From NCBI GenBank assembly GCA_963666215.2, contig CAXWPL010000004.1:352001-416000 (forward strand): 64,000 nucleotides of DNA, written 5' to 3'. Every line of letters starts with the position of its first letter. The first letter of the stretch is position 1. Origin of the DNA: Acidobacteriota bacterium. Its GTDB lineage: Bacteria; Acidobacteriota; UBA890; WLXD01. Shown one piece after another: positions 19,701 through 29,008 of the stretch. Both the position numbers and the translations under genes were made by a program. The notes beneath the pieces were generated by a model that was given only the letters and a program-made list of their open reading frames with translations, was not told the DNA's origin and did no database searches.

Positions 19701-20203
19701 TGCTCGGTCCACGCCTCGCGCTCGTCGATCACACGGAAAGTCGGGTCGATGCGCAGCCGCAGGGCGTGCTCGCGGAGTAGCTCGCCGCAGAACGAGTGGA
19801 TGGTGCCGATCGAGGCGCGGTCGATCTGCCAGCGCAGCTCGTCGGCACGCTCCGACGCCATGATGGCTTCGCGCAGCTTGCGCTTGAGGTCGTAGGCGGC
19901 CTTTTCGGTGAAGGTGATGGCGGCGATCTCGCGCAGCTCGCAGGGGTTCGAGCAGGGCGGCAGCTGGAAGCCAGAAAGATCCTGGCCCGCCCTACCCGTC
20001 TCATCCGCCTTGCCCGCCTCACGCGCCCCGCCCGGCTCGCCGGCCTCACCCTCTCGAACGTCCTCGATCTCGAGGCCGAGCAGCCAGCGGACCTTGCCGA
20101 TAACGGTGGCCGTCTTGCCGGTGCCGGCGTTGGCAACGAGCAGGGCGTGGCGGTCCTCGGTGATGGCGGCGGCCTGCTCGGAGCTCCAGCGGATCTCAGA
20201 CAT
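16715..20203 (-). CDS. addA: AddA/RecB-like UvrD helicase-nuclease
   Basis: ANAGTGKT, AITFTEKAA, TIHSFC, DEFQDT, VGDPKQSIYRFRGAD, TIHRAKGLEWP, YVASTRA; C-terminal D...IDFKT..Q..IY nuclease. Confidence 0.88.
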   Translation of the reverse strand: MSEIRWSSEQAAAITEDRHALLVANAGTGKTATVIGKVRWLLGLEIEDVREGEAGEPGGAREAGKADETGRAGQDLSGFQLPPCSNPCELREIAAITFTEKAAYDLKRKLREAIMASERADELRWQIDRASIGTIHSFCGELLREHALRLRIDPTFRVIDEREAWTEQDDVIHGVVMDALANHDEGATLLMHDFQRLRGSGYAKGVIEHVRGAMRDLRWHEARYAQWMEGGERERVHEIAADSDLQEVEPDLDVGILQRLAQLDGTWDDELDGASARHVQALVSLARRALVQWTRYLDDENAKDFDALILDARRLLTSGTGAAALAGIRRRYRIVIIDEFQDTDDAQRDIAFAIAGLPISGSGASATPAVAPPADSSFQRIPATRPQLFLVGDPKQSIYRFRGADISVWNQVEQVLHEHGVVRSLSENFRCARPIVAFVNDALSAAMDDTGEELAAELPGSRIPYQTLVAGVPDSETSGLEWLVAETRNETRAGKVTIKEDKAGEATQVAARIREMVGAVHAGGAGGAQRAEGAEETESIGGPGGPGASRVTDPDDGTVRPIAYRDIAILYRSRSVLTEFERALSHAGIPYYIAGAPHLGKRQEILDVLNVLRLLRNPRDDYRAFGFLRSPFVALRDEVVVRIAMDRDIGGSTLLSKAQRFLEEGECGKNGKNPWFDAPEGPVVTDIERLALARALEALQHARALVHRAPLDEVITGLLDSLGYRLHLLLRGRAEEPLGNLQTFLQFTEEYRDLDIATFLEVWDRWDALDNGLPQAPLYSKDDDVVTLTTIHRAKGLEWPVVFLVGTGAQHRDMSSNTFWSDPVLGPLLCPATDSRGPRASRIWNRYQLEERAEDTRLLYVASTRARDRLVVVGPRNREKSFSHWLAAGVDGNPFFVRDDAPDIDLRDTSPRPSLQWLGDVRTGEPPLLLQNAAEPPLRFVVSATEMMTRDKDERVWQMRYRQGVQPRREFAPEASARVGEPGSPGSAGSSGSSLESGPIPATVRGTIIHEVLERIHAEEELSRLLQETIGGLDDPDLELLLSDSEYREMLETEIRRVIQSDEWAWYAEGEHYRELQFLHLAEPRSWRVGAFDLYRPEEPAWVIDFKTHEIGAEQARETARGYEIQARIYRAASAIRSPARVALHFTGPNELIEMSEGEPGR

Positions 20204-23200
20204 CGCTGGCTCCGTCGGCGTCGGCGGGTGATTCGATAGGGTCGGGTGCGCCGAACGGAAGCAGCAGCGCGGCGCCGGCGGATGGCTCGACGTCGACACC
20301 CGGCGCCGAGGCCGATTTCGATGCCGAAACTGCCGGCGCCGGCTCGGGCGAGAGCGGCGTCACGTCCTCGTATCGATTGCCCTCTGCTAGCTCAGCCTGG
20401 CTGCGGGTGACGTCTCGACCTGGTGCCCACAAAGGCCAACCGCCGCCCTTCATCGAGCGCGTCGGCTCGAACAAACCCGCCCGGATGCGCCTCGGGATGC
20501 TGAGGGCGAAGCGCAGGGCGTCGTCGTATTCGCTCTGGCTGCGCTTGATCTTGCCGCCGTACTGCATCGGCTTCTTTACCTTCTTGAGCGACCGGTAGTA
20601 GCCGAGCGTGACGTTGCGTCCCTCGTCCTCGAGCACCCGCATGTAAAGCGGCGCCTGCAGGGCCGTGCCGTCGACGTAGTGGGTGGAAGCGGGCATTTTG
20701 CCGCTCTTGTAGTCGAGAACCTGATAGCAGGCGTTGTCGCCGGAGCCCGTGCGGTCAACACGATCGATTCTGCCAAGAATCCGCAGGACGGCGGGGTGGC
20801 CGGTGACGTCCTTGCCGCGCACGAACACGCTTGCGTCGCCGTAACCGAACACGTACTCGAGCAGCTCGGGCATCTCGCCCTTGGCGTGCAGGAGCTCGAG
20901 CTCCCACACGAGGTAGCGGCGGACGGCGCCGCGGATGCGCTCCCAGCCCTGCTCCCACAGCAGCGGCGAGCCGAGCCATTCGTCGCTCTGGTGGCGCTCG
21001 GCGAGCACAACGTTGGCGGCCTCGTTGAGGGCCGCCTCGGCCCGGGCGTTGAAGGAGGCCGGCAGGTCGTCTTTGACGCGCCGGTAGAAGTGCTCGAGCA
21101 GGTCGTGCGCCACCGAGCCAAAGACGAGCGGCGTGGTTTCCTCCTCGACCTCCTTGACCTCCTCGAGGTTCAGAACACGGCCGACGAGGTATTCGAACGG
21201 GCACTTCGAGTAGGTCTCGAGCGCCGACGCCGACCAGGGATAGTCGTCGGAGAAGCGCTTGGCGAGAAGCTCGTGGAGGCGCGGGTCGCGCAGCCAGCCG
21301 TTCCATGGATTGGGACGGAACGCCGGATGGTCGGCCTCCAGCGGCTCGGCACCGGTGTCGCGGTGGGTTTCGGCCACCGCGGCGACGACGGCGAACGGGA
21401 TGAGGTCGGGGGTGCCGGGATGGATCTCGGGGGCCGCCTCTCCGTCCAGATCTCCCTCGAGTTCTCCCTCGAGATGGTCGCCGACCACGAAGTCACGCAG
21501 TGTCTGCGCGGCGAGCCGGTTCGCCTGCGCGGCGGTGACGGGCGTGAAGCGATCGTCGTCCTGGGGCTCGTGCGTACGCGGCAGCTCGGTAGATGGATCG
21601 TGAGCGGGAACCATGAGCGACGGCAACAGCGGCGTGCCGGTGGGGTCGGCGGTGCGGTAGCTGATGCGCACCTGCCCCGACGAGGTCACGGCGCGCCACA
21701 GCGTGCGCTCGCGGCGCAGCTCGAGGTCGCGATGGCCGAGCGGAATGCCATTGACGGGCGCGGCGCGCAGGCGAGCGCGCTCGTCGTTGGACAGCACGTC
21801 GCCCGACGGCACCGGGCGCGGAAACACACCGTCGTTGGCGTGCACCACAAACACGTGGTCGAAGGGAGTCAGCGCGGCGTCGTGCGCCTCGAGCACCTGC
21901 ACGCCTTTGTGCGCCGGCGTGCTGATCGACAGCTCGTTGGCCTCGAGAAGGCGCTGCAGCAGAGTCAGCCATTCGAGGGGCGCGAGCGGCCGCGGCGGGT
22001 GATCGAGGTCGAGCCACTCGCGCAGCAGCTTCTCGATTTGTACCAGGCCGCGCTGGTCGAGACGGACCACGTCCCAGCGGCCACCGACCGGCTTGCAGAG
22101 GCGGGCGCGGAGTCCGAAGGCGAGCCCCTCGGTGCCGCGCAAGGCGGCGAGGGTGAGCTCGATCCATTCCTTCTCGGGGCGCGGCGCGGCGTACTGCTCG
22201 AGAGTTGCGCGGATGGCGCCGAACGCGGCGAGGTCGAGCTCCACGCGATCGAGCCAGACCCCGGCATCGCGGAGCCTGTAGCCGTAGCGGCGAGTGGCGC
22301 GATCGGCGTCGTCTTGCTTGGCGGCTTGCAATCGGCCGATGAGGCGCTGCAGCTGCCCCTCCCAAGTGTCGAGCCCGTCGACCCGCCGGTTCATGGCAAT
22401 GAAGTCGATGCTGCGCAGGTCGATGTCGATGTCGAAGTAGGGATGGTCGAGCACCGAGCGCAGCGCTCGGTAGCTCCAGCCTCGCGGCGCGCCACGGAAG
22501 AGGAGCAGCAGCGCCTTGAGCGCGGCGATCTCGGTGAGCTTCGAGCGCACGATGGTCGTCGCCGTAACGCCCGCCGCGGCCAGCGCGCGGTGCATGCGGC
22601 CGGTGTCCTCGTGGCCCGACCGCGCGATCACCGCGATGCGATGCGGCTCGACGTGCTTCTCGACAACGAGCTTCTTGACCTCGCGGGCCACCCACTCGAT
22701 TTCGCGCTGGGTGTCGGGTGTCGGCTGGATCCATGGGATGCGTTCGACCAGAGGCTCCTGGAGGCCGCGCTCGGTGCCGCCGATAGGCTCTTTCAAACGA
22801 ACATCCTCGATGTCGTCGGTGAGCGCCGACCACTCGCTTTCCTCCGGTTCGGCGAGCACGTAAACCGAGACCTGGACATCGCTCTGCCGGGCGAGCGCGC
22901 CCAGCAGACGCTGGCGCGACCGCATCATGTAGAGCCCGTAGAGGTGCAGTCGCGAGGCGCCGTTGAGCACCTCGGGCAGCTCGCCGATGTCGATCCGGTC
23001 GGCCACCCGGGCCCAGGCTTGCCGCTGGTCGATACGCTCCAGACGGTTCAGCTCGTTGAGATAGCCCGCGTAGCTGCCGACGATCCAGGCATTGCGGTGG
23101 CGCGAAAAGTCGTCGCCCCCTGCCTGAAGACCCGCAGGCACCCCGAGACCATCAAGCGCCTGGCGCAACCGCTCGGGCGAGATCCCCTCCGGCAGCAGCT

Positions 23201-23579
23201 CACCGAACAACGCATCGAGCATGTGCCCGCGAACGACCCCGTCGGTGTGCGTCGGGTCGGTCATGCCAACGTCGCTCGCCACCCGCGCCGCGACCCGGCT
23301 GATCAGCCGCCTCCGGGTCAGCAGCCCGACCCGCTTCATCCGCAGATCGAAGAGCTTCCCGAGGTCCCGCAGCGTCGTGATCGGCGGCCCCAGCCATCCC
23401 GGCAGCCCGCGCTCGACCGCCGTCTCGCACAGCAGGTCAACCTGCCGGTTCTGCGGGGTCCACAGATAAGAGCCGAAGCCCGAAGGCCCAGGGTTATCAC
23501 CCAGCTCGTCCAGAAAGCGCCCGACGCACGTGTCCCAAAGCGTGTCGGTATCGGGCGCTCGAACAAGCTTCAGCGGCAT
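20196..23579 (-). CDS. addB: AddB-like PD-(D/E)XK nuclease subunit
   Basis: Inactive helicase-like body; WSASALETYSKCPF, GSVAH, GRIDRVD, LDYKSG, LQAPLY; 8-nt overlap with addA. Confidence 0.84.
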   Translation of the reverse strand: MPLKLVRAPDTDTLWDTCVGRFLDELGDNPGPSGFGSYLWTPQNRQVDLLCETAVERGLPGWLGPPITTLRDLGKLFDLRMKRVGLLTRRRLISRVAARVASDVGMTDPTHTDGVVRGHMLDALFGELLPEGISPERLRQALDGLGVPAGLQAGGDDFSRHRNAWIVGSYAGYLNELNRLERIDQRQAWARVADRIDIGELPEVLNGASRLHLYGLYMMRSRQRLLGALARQSDVQVSVYVLAEPEESEWSALTDDIEDVRLKEPIGGTERGLQEPLVERIPWIQPTPDTQREIEWVAREVKKLVVEKHVEPHRIAVIARSGHEDTGRMHRALAAAGVTATTIVRSKLTEIAALKALLLLFRGAPRGWSYRALRSVLDHPYFDIDIDLRSIDFIAMNRRVDGLDTWEGQLQRLIGRLQAAKQDDADRATRRYGYRLRDAGVWLDRVELDLAAFGAIRATLEQYAAPRPEKEWIELTLAALRGTEGLAFGLRARLCKPVGGRWDVVRLDQRGLVQIEKLLREWLDLDHPPRPLAPLEWLTLLQRLLEANELSISTPAHKGVQVLEAHDAALTPFDHVFVVHANDGVFPRPVPSGDVLSNDERARLRAAPVNGIPLGHRDLELRRERTLWRAVTSSGQVRISYRTADPTGTPLLPSLMVPAHDPSTELPRTHEPQDDDRFTPVTAAQANRLAAQTLRDFVVGDHLEGELEGDLDGEAAPEIHPGTPDLIPFAVVAAVAETHRDTGAEPLEADHPAFRPNPWNGWLRDPRLHELLAKRFSDDYPWSASALETYSKCPFEYLVGRVLNLEEVKEVEEETTPLVFGSVAHDLLEHFYRRVKDDLPASFNARAEAALNEAANVVLAERHQSDEWLGSPLLWEQGWERIRGAVRRYLVWELELLHAKGEMPELLEYVFGYGDASVFVRGKDVTGHPAVLRILGRIDRVDRTGSGDNACYQVLDYKSGKMPASTHYVDGTALQAPLYMRVLEDEGRNVTLGYYRSLKKVKKPMQYGGKIKRSQSEYDDALRFALSIPRRIRAGLFEPTRSMKGGGWPLWAPGRDVTRSQAELAEGNRYEDVTPLSPEPAPAVSASKSASAPGVDVEPSAGAALLLPFGAPDPIESPADADGASDV

Positions 23580-23817
23580 CGGGAAGTCGCGACGATAGCA
23601 GACCACGTCGCCGCTGGCCCAGGTCGGCGCAGTGCGCACGAGAACATCGACCCGCTAGCGCTCCCGGCCAGCGGCATTACGCAGATCAACTACCGAGATG
23701 AGACTGATCCGCTAACAAACATCACCGAGCGAGGTGCCCTTCCACAAGCTCTCGTCTCTGTGCGGGAGATTCAGATTCCGAGGCCGACAGACGCTCCCTA
23801 GCAGGCGACTCGCGGCT

Positions 23818-25020
23818 CTACCCTACCCAACGTTCCACCGGACTCGACAGAAACTCCTCGATGGCGATTCCGTCGCCGCCAACGAGCAACGCACGAGCCT
23901 CGGGGTAGACGGACTTGAACGCAGCGATGCCGGGGAGCGCACTTGGCGAGCGCCCGCTCTTCACCTCGATCGCGGTGAGCTTGCTGCCCACGCGAACAAC
24001 GAAGTCGACCTCTCGGTTGCGGTGGCGCCAGTAGAAGAGGTCGCAGACGTCTGCGGCGGCGACGTTGGCAAGGTGAGCTCCGATGGCCGACTCGGTTAGC
24101 CGGCCCCAGTAGGTTCGATCGGCGCGAGCGTCGGCCGGGGTGAGTCCCGACTGCGCCGTAGTGAGCGCGGTGTTCAGCACCTGGAGCTTGGGACTGGAGG
24201 CTCGGCGGCGTGCGGCCGCGCCGGTGTACTTCTGCAGACCGACAACCATCCCGGCTCCGGCGAGCAGGTCGAGATAGTGCGCCAGTGTGATCGTGTTGCC
24301 GGAGTCCTGGAGCTGCCCGAGCATCTTGGTGTAGGAGAGGATCTGCCCCGAGTAGCTGCAGCCGAGCTCGAACAGCCGGCGGAGCAGCGCCGGACGGTGG
24401 ACTCGAGCGAGCAACAGGACATCGCGTGAGATGGTGGTCTCGATGAGCGAGTCGCGGATATAGCGCGACCATCGGTCAACGTCCTTCCTCAGCGGCGCCG
24501 CGCCTGGGTAGCCGCCGTGAAAGATGTAGTCGTCTACCGTCAGCCCGAAGGCGTCTCGCATCTCTGCGAAGCTCCAATGGGGCAGATGCAAGAGCTCGAA
24601 ACGACCCGCCAGGCTCTCGGTCAGGCCACGCTGCACAAGGAGCGGAGCGGAGCCCAAGACGACCACCTTGAGGTGACGGTGGGCACGAGTATCTTGGTCC
24701 CACAACCGCTTGACCGTTTCCGACCAGCCCGGCACCTTCTGCACTTCGTCCAGAACCAGCAGCGATCCTTGTTTTCCGGACTCGTCGGCGGCGAGCCGCG
24801 CCGCTTCCCACTGCTGCTCGATCCAGGTCGTGCCGCGCAGGGTGGGCTCGTCGGCGGTGGCAAAACGAGTTGGCAAACCGGAGTTGTCGGCCACCTGGGC
24901 GACGAGCGTTGTCTTGCCCACCTGCCGCGCGCCCGAAACAACCTGGAGGAACCGTCGCGGCTCCATGAGGCGCGCCTGTAGTTCGTTTCCCTGCGGCCGG
25001 ATATACGACGTTTTACTCAT
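23818..25020 (-). CDS. AAA_14 ATPase with DUF4143 and a C-terminal nuclease-like motif
   Basis: GARQVGKTT, LDEVQK, LGS, ESLAGR, GGYP, EVDFV..IEVKSG. Confidence 0.9.
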   Translation of the reverse strand: MSKTSYIRPQGNELQARLMEPRRFLQVVSGARQVGKTTLVAQVADNSGLPTRFATADEPTLRGTTWIEQQWEAARLAADESGKQGSLLVLDEVQKVPGWSETVKRLWDQDTRAHRHLKVVVLGSAPLLVQRGLTESLAGRFELLHLPHWSFAEMRDAFGLTVDDYIFHGGYPGAAPLRKDVDRWSRYIRDSLIETTISRDVLLLARVHRPALLRRLFELGCSYSGQILSYTKMLGQLQDSGNTITLAHYLDLLAGAGMVVGLQKYTGAAARRRASSPKLQVLNTALTTAQSGLTPADARADRTYWGRLTESAIGAHLANVAAADVCDLFYWRHRNREVDFVVRVGSKLTAIEVKSGRSPSALPGIAAFKSVYPEARALLVGGDGIAIEEFLSSPVERWVG

Positions 25021-25054
25021 GATACTGAGTAATTTTACTCAATATACTGAGTAA
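25011..25054. promoter_or_regulatory. Two tandem 22-bp palindromic operators over the ATPase start codon
   Basis: TTTTACTCATGATACTGAGTAA then TTTTACTCAATATACTGAGTAA (TTACTCA-N6-TGAGTAA x2). Confidence 0.75.
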
Positions 25055-25094
25055 TTGGAAGACGCTGGAGCTGGCACTCGGCACCTCGCGGCCT

Positions 25095-26085
25095 CTAGAG
25101 GTCAGTTCCCTCGCGGAGCCGATCAACATAACGCGCGTACGAATACATTCGGTCGCGTTTCCGTCTGGTGGTCTCAACTAGAACGCCGGCTCTCTCGAGA
25201 ATGGAGATCGCCTTCGCCGCGGTCGGACGCGTCGCGCCGGTGAGCTTGATTGCGGTGTTGGCGCCAACGATGGGGTGCTCGGGCAGTAGCTCGAACAGTC
25301 GCAGGCTGGTGACCGTTGCGGATTCGAGCTCGAGCACGCGTGCGCGGTCGGTGGCAACGAGGTCGAACAGGTGGCGCGCTGTGTCGGCGGCTTCGGTGGC
25401 GATCTCGACGACACCGTCGAGGAAGAAGACGGTCCAGCCTTCCCAATCGCCTTCGGTGCGAACGGCGTCAAGACGCCGATAGTACTCCGCTCGGCGACGC
25501 ATGAAGTAGAGGCTCAGGTACAGGAAGGGTTGGCTCAGCAGCCCCCAGTGTTCGAGAAGCAACGTGATCAGTAGCCGGCCGATGCGGCCGTTGCCATCGA
25601 GAAACGGGTGCAGGGTCTCGGGCTGGACGTGCGCGAGTCCGACCCGGACGAGGCTCGGCAATGGGTCCTCGGCATAAAGGTAGCGTTCCAGTTCGGCAAG
25701 GCCCTCGGGCAGAGATTGAGGCGGCGGTGGAACAAAGGCCGCGTTGCCGGGCCGAGTGCCGCCGATCCAGTTCTGGCTGGTGCGCACAACGCCGGGCTGC
25801 TTGTCGGCTCCACGAACGCCGCGCATGAGACGGCGATGGGTCTCGCGTAGCAATCGAATCGAGATCGGCAGACCATCTGGCCGGGCGAGCTGAGCGCGTG
25901 CGAAATCGAGGGCGCTGAGGCAATTGCGCACCTCTTCCACGTCAGCGCTGGCGGGTTGGTCGAGTCCGGTCGATTCGAAGGCGAGCAGGTCGACCAATGT
26001 CGCCTGTGTGCCCTCGATCTGGCTCGAGAGCACAGCCTCCTTGCGAGCAAAGGCTATAGATGAACCAACGCACCGAGGGGACCAT
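25095..26085 (-). pseudogene. Fic family protein (DUF4172-Fic-HTH), 5'-truncated and frameshifted
   Basis: HPFLDGNGRIGR Fic motif, SSQIEGT, QNWIGG; extra base near 26055 separates MVPSVRWFIY from AFARKEAV. Confidence 0.82.
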
Positions 26086-26290
26086 CGTGCCGCGAGCCCC
26101 GCGACTTTGCCGACTACGCGCGACAGACCGCCGCCAACGGTATTTGGGAGGGCCAGCGATGGACGAATTCACGCCCATCCTGAAACATCTCTGTCAACCG
26201 GATGGAGGGTTGCGTTGTAGTACCGGGTAGAGACCGTTGGCGGCTGAACGCCGAACCGGCTTGTCAGCCCTTCCGAGAAGGAGATACCTC

Positions 26291-26626
26291 ATGAGCATGT
26301 TGATTCTGATTGTGGCGTTCGGTGTCGGAGCAGCCATCCTCCTCATCGGCGGCGCCGTGATGCTCCGGAACAAGTTCCAGCAACAGGCTCGGCGCCTGGG
26401 CTACCCGTCGCTGGGTGCGTACCTCAGGGCTGCGCCGCGTTCCGACGAAGAGAAGCGTGCGGCTGTCGATCTGGCGCTGAAGGGGCTGGTCTTTTGTGTG
26501 GCCGGCCTCCTCTTCCCGCCGTTTCTCCTCATCGGGCTCTTCCCGTTGTTCTACGGAGTACGCAAGGTGGCCTGGGCGTCGATGGGGCTCGGGCTCGTGG
26601 ATGACGCCGATCAGCAAGGCGCGTGA
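26291..26626 (+). CDS. Small membrane protein
   Basis: AAGGAG RBS, three hydrophobic segments, GTGA coupling to the next gene. Confidence 0.65.
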   Translation: MSMLILIVAFGVGAAILLIGGAVMLRNKFQQQARRLGYPSLGAYLRAAPRSDEEKRAAVDLALKGLVFCVAGLLFPPFLLIGLFPLFYGVRKVAWASMGLGLVDDADQQGA

Positions 26627-27192
26627 ATCCCTCCAACCCCGACAGCCCGGGCCTCGCAGGCCTGACAGACCCGGTGGATCTCACGGCCGCCGCGAGCCTG
26701 GCAGACACCGCGAGACTGGCAGAGGCCGCGGGACAGGCAAACGAGGCCGACCGCGCGGCACGTGCGGAATCGACAGCTGTGCGCGCCGCGGTGCGCGCGG
26801 TCCGCGGCGGTGATCGCGAGGCGTTTGGGCGCCTGTTGGATCTGTATCAACGGCGACTGTTCGGCCTGGCGCTGATGATGGTCCGCAACCCTGAGGCGGC
26901 CGAGGAGGTGGCGCAGGACGCGTTCGTGCGCGCCTTCACCCGCCTCGACCTCTACGACGAAAACCGGCCATTCTATCCGTGGCTCGCGACCATTGCGGTG
27001 CGGCTGGCGCAGAACTGGTTGAGGCGCCACGGGCGGGAGCGCGTGCGTGAAGGCAGGCCGATTGACCCGGAGCGCGACGCCGCATCGACCATCGACCCGA
27101 TCGACGAGCTCATCACCGATGAGCGTGGCCGGCAGCTGTGGCGATGGGTGGCGGCGCTGCCGTCGGGCGAGCGCACCGCGGTGACCCTCTGA
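26623..27192 (+). pseudogene. ECF sigma-70 factor lacking region 4
   Basis: GDREAFGRL, AEEVAQDAFVRAF, WLATIA; stops at LPSGERTAVTL** before the HTH. Confidence 0.8.
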
Positions 27193-27351
27193 TAGCGTGC
27201 CGGCAACGGCAAAGAGCAGGGCTGCGACGATCGGGCCGGATACCGTTCTCACGATGGCGAGCGTACACGCATCGGACCACCAAGCAACAGTGACAGCCAC
27301 TGCCGCAGCTGCAGATAGCGCTGCGGCGCTGCCAAGACAAGATCGCTCCTT

Positions 27352-28956
27352 CTAGAAGACGACGGGCGGGGCCAGCGGTTCGTCCAGAGGCAGCCGGTAG
27401 GCGGCTGCCTCCTGCGCGTTGCGCACCACGACGATGTCGCCGTACAGGGCGAAGTTGTTCCAGGTGTGCCCGTCGATGGCCTGAATCTGACCCAGCACGT
27501 TGTTGGTGCTCTCCGGGCTCGCCTCAACCATGAAGAGCTCGCCTTCCTCACTCAGCACGAGCAGAACATCGCCGACGAGGAGGATCTGGCCGTGGTTGTA
27601 GCGCCCGGCCTTCCAGGCGCGTTCTCCGGTGGCGAGATCAACGCACTCGAGGATCCCCTCGGACAGTCCGTAGACGAATCCGTCCTTGATGGCCACATTC
27701 GTGAGCTTGGTGCGGAGCACTCGAGATGAGTGCCACATCTGTTCCGCCGAGAAGGTGCCGTCGGCCCTGGCCACGAGTCGATACAGCGCGGCGCCGGTGC
27801 CATAACCCTTCGAGACGAACACCTTGTCGGGCGCAACAGGCTGCGCCTGCGAAGTTGACGCGTTGCCGGCTGTCGTCCCCGGCCAAGGGAACTCCCACAG
27901 CTGACGGCCGGTTGCCACCTCGTGACCGGTGACGAAGCCCTCGTTCACCATGAGGACCTGGCCGACGCCGGCCAGGATGCCATGGTCGGGCGACGCCATG
28001 CTGATGTTGTACTTGCCCGACTCCCACAGCACCTCGCCGTGAGCCTTCTGGTAGGCGATCACCGACACGCGATTATCAGCAGAGCCGCCCACACCAACGA
28101 TCAGAGCGTCGCCCACAATCAACGGCGACGTGGCCCGACCGTACTGAACGTTGGCGTTCTCTTCGAGCTGGCTGACGCGGTAGTCGCGCAGAATGTCGCG
28201 GTCCCACATGAGCTCTCCGGTTGCGCCGTTGAGGGCAACCAGGTGTCCCCGGACACCCATCGCGTAGACAACACCTTGGTGGATCAGCGGCGTGCTCCGC
28301 GGGCCCGCACCCATCATGTGCTCGAACGCCTCGCCGATCTCGGTGGCCCACAACAGCTCGCCAGTCGCAACGTCGTACAACGTCACCAGCTCGACGCCCT
28401 CGCGCTCTTCGAGGGTGGCGGCGTAGCCGTTGACGACAGCGTAGCCTCCAAGGCCGATGCCGATGGGTTGCTTCCACAGCAGTTCGGGAGGCGCTGCCTG
28501 CCAGTCGCGCGCCAGACGCACGTTGTCGACCCGCAGATTGCGGGCGCTGCCGAGGAACCCTGTGAAGTCGTACGTGGTACTCGACAGCAGATCGATGGCG
28601 CGCGATCCCGCCAAGGCCGACCGATCCAAGCCAGGCCCGCTGCTTCCCGTGCCTCTCAGCCCCAGGATCGGCAGCATCGTACCCGACATGCCACGTTGCT
28701 CAACCACCAACGGTAGGGCCACAAGAACAACAACCACCGCCGCGGCACTGCCCCAGCGGAGTCGTGCACTGTGACCCGAGTGCAAGACGAACCAGGCCCC
28801 GCCCACGACAACCGAAAGGGCCACCACGACGAAGGTCGCGAGGTTCGTGAAGCCCGAATCTCCGAGATCGATAACAGTTCGCAACGCAACGAGCACGATC
28901 AGCGCGACGATCCAAACAGCCCAGAGCCAGCGCGGCGGAGACTTATGGCGTGTCAT
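27352..28956 (-). CDS. Membrane-anchored PQQ-like beta-propeller repeat protein
   Basis: Three N-terminal TMs, FLG, LLWKQPIG, repeated ATGELLW, GPRSTP. Confidence 0.88.
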   Translation of the reverse strand: MTRHKSPPRWLWAVWIVALIVLVALRTVIDLGDSGFTNLATFVVVALSVVVGGAWFVLHSGHSARLRWGSAAAVVVVLVALPLVVEQRGMSGTMLPILGLRGTGSSGPGLDRSALAGSRAIDLLSSTTYDFTGFLGSARNLRVDNVRLARDWQAAPPELLWKQPIGIGLGGYAVVNGYAATLEEREGVELVTLYDVATGELLWATEIGEAFEHMMGAGPRSTPLIHQGVVYAMGVRGHLVALNGATGELMWDRDILRDYRVSQLEENANVQYGRATSPLIVGDALIVGVGGSADNRVSVIAYQKAHGEVLWESGKYNISMASPDHGILAGVGQVLMVNEGFVTGHEVATGRQLWEFPWPGTTAGNASTSQAQPVAPDKVFVSKGYGTGAALYRLVARADGTFSAEQMWHSSRVLRTKLTNVAIKDGFVYGLSEGILECVDLATGERAWKAGRYNHGQILLVGDVLLVLSEEGELFMVEASPESTNNVLGQIQAIDGHTWNNFALYGDIVVVRNAQEAAAYRLPLDEPLAPPVVF

Positions 28957-29008
28957 GGAAAGGACCTCGTGGGGATGACCTGGAAATGTACGGGATGGCG
29001 CACGATCC

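Noticed and set aside
16715-23579. Helicase-nuclease pair as a new defence system or Cas4
   Set aside because: Size, order and motifs fit housekeeping AddAB repair
20679-23801. 1040-aa plus-strand ORF
   Set aside because: Antisense shadow of addB in high-GC DNA; no motifs
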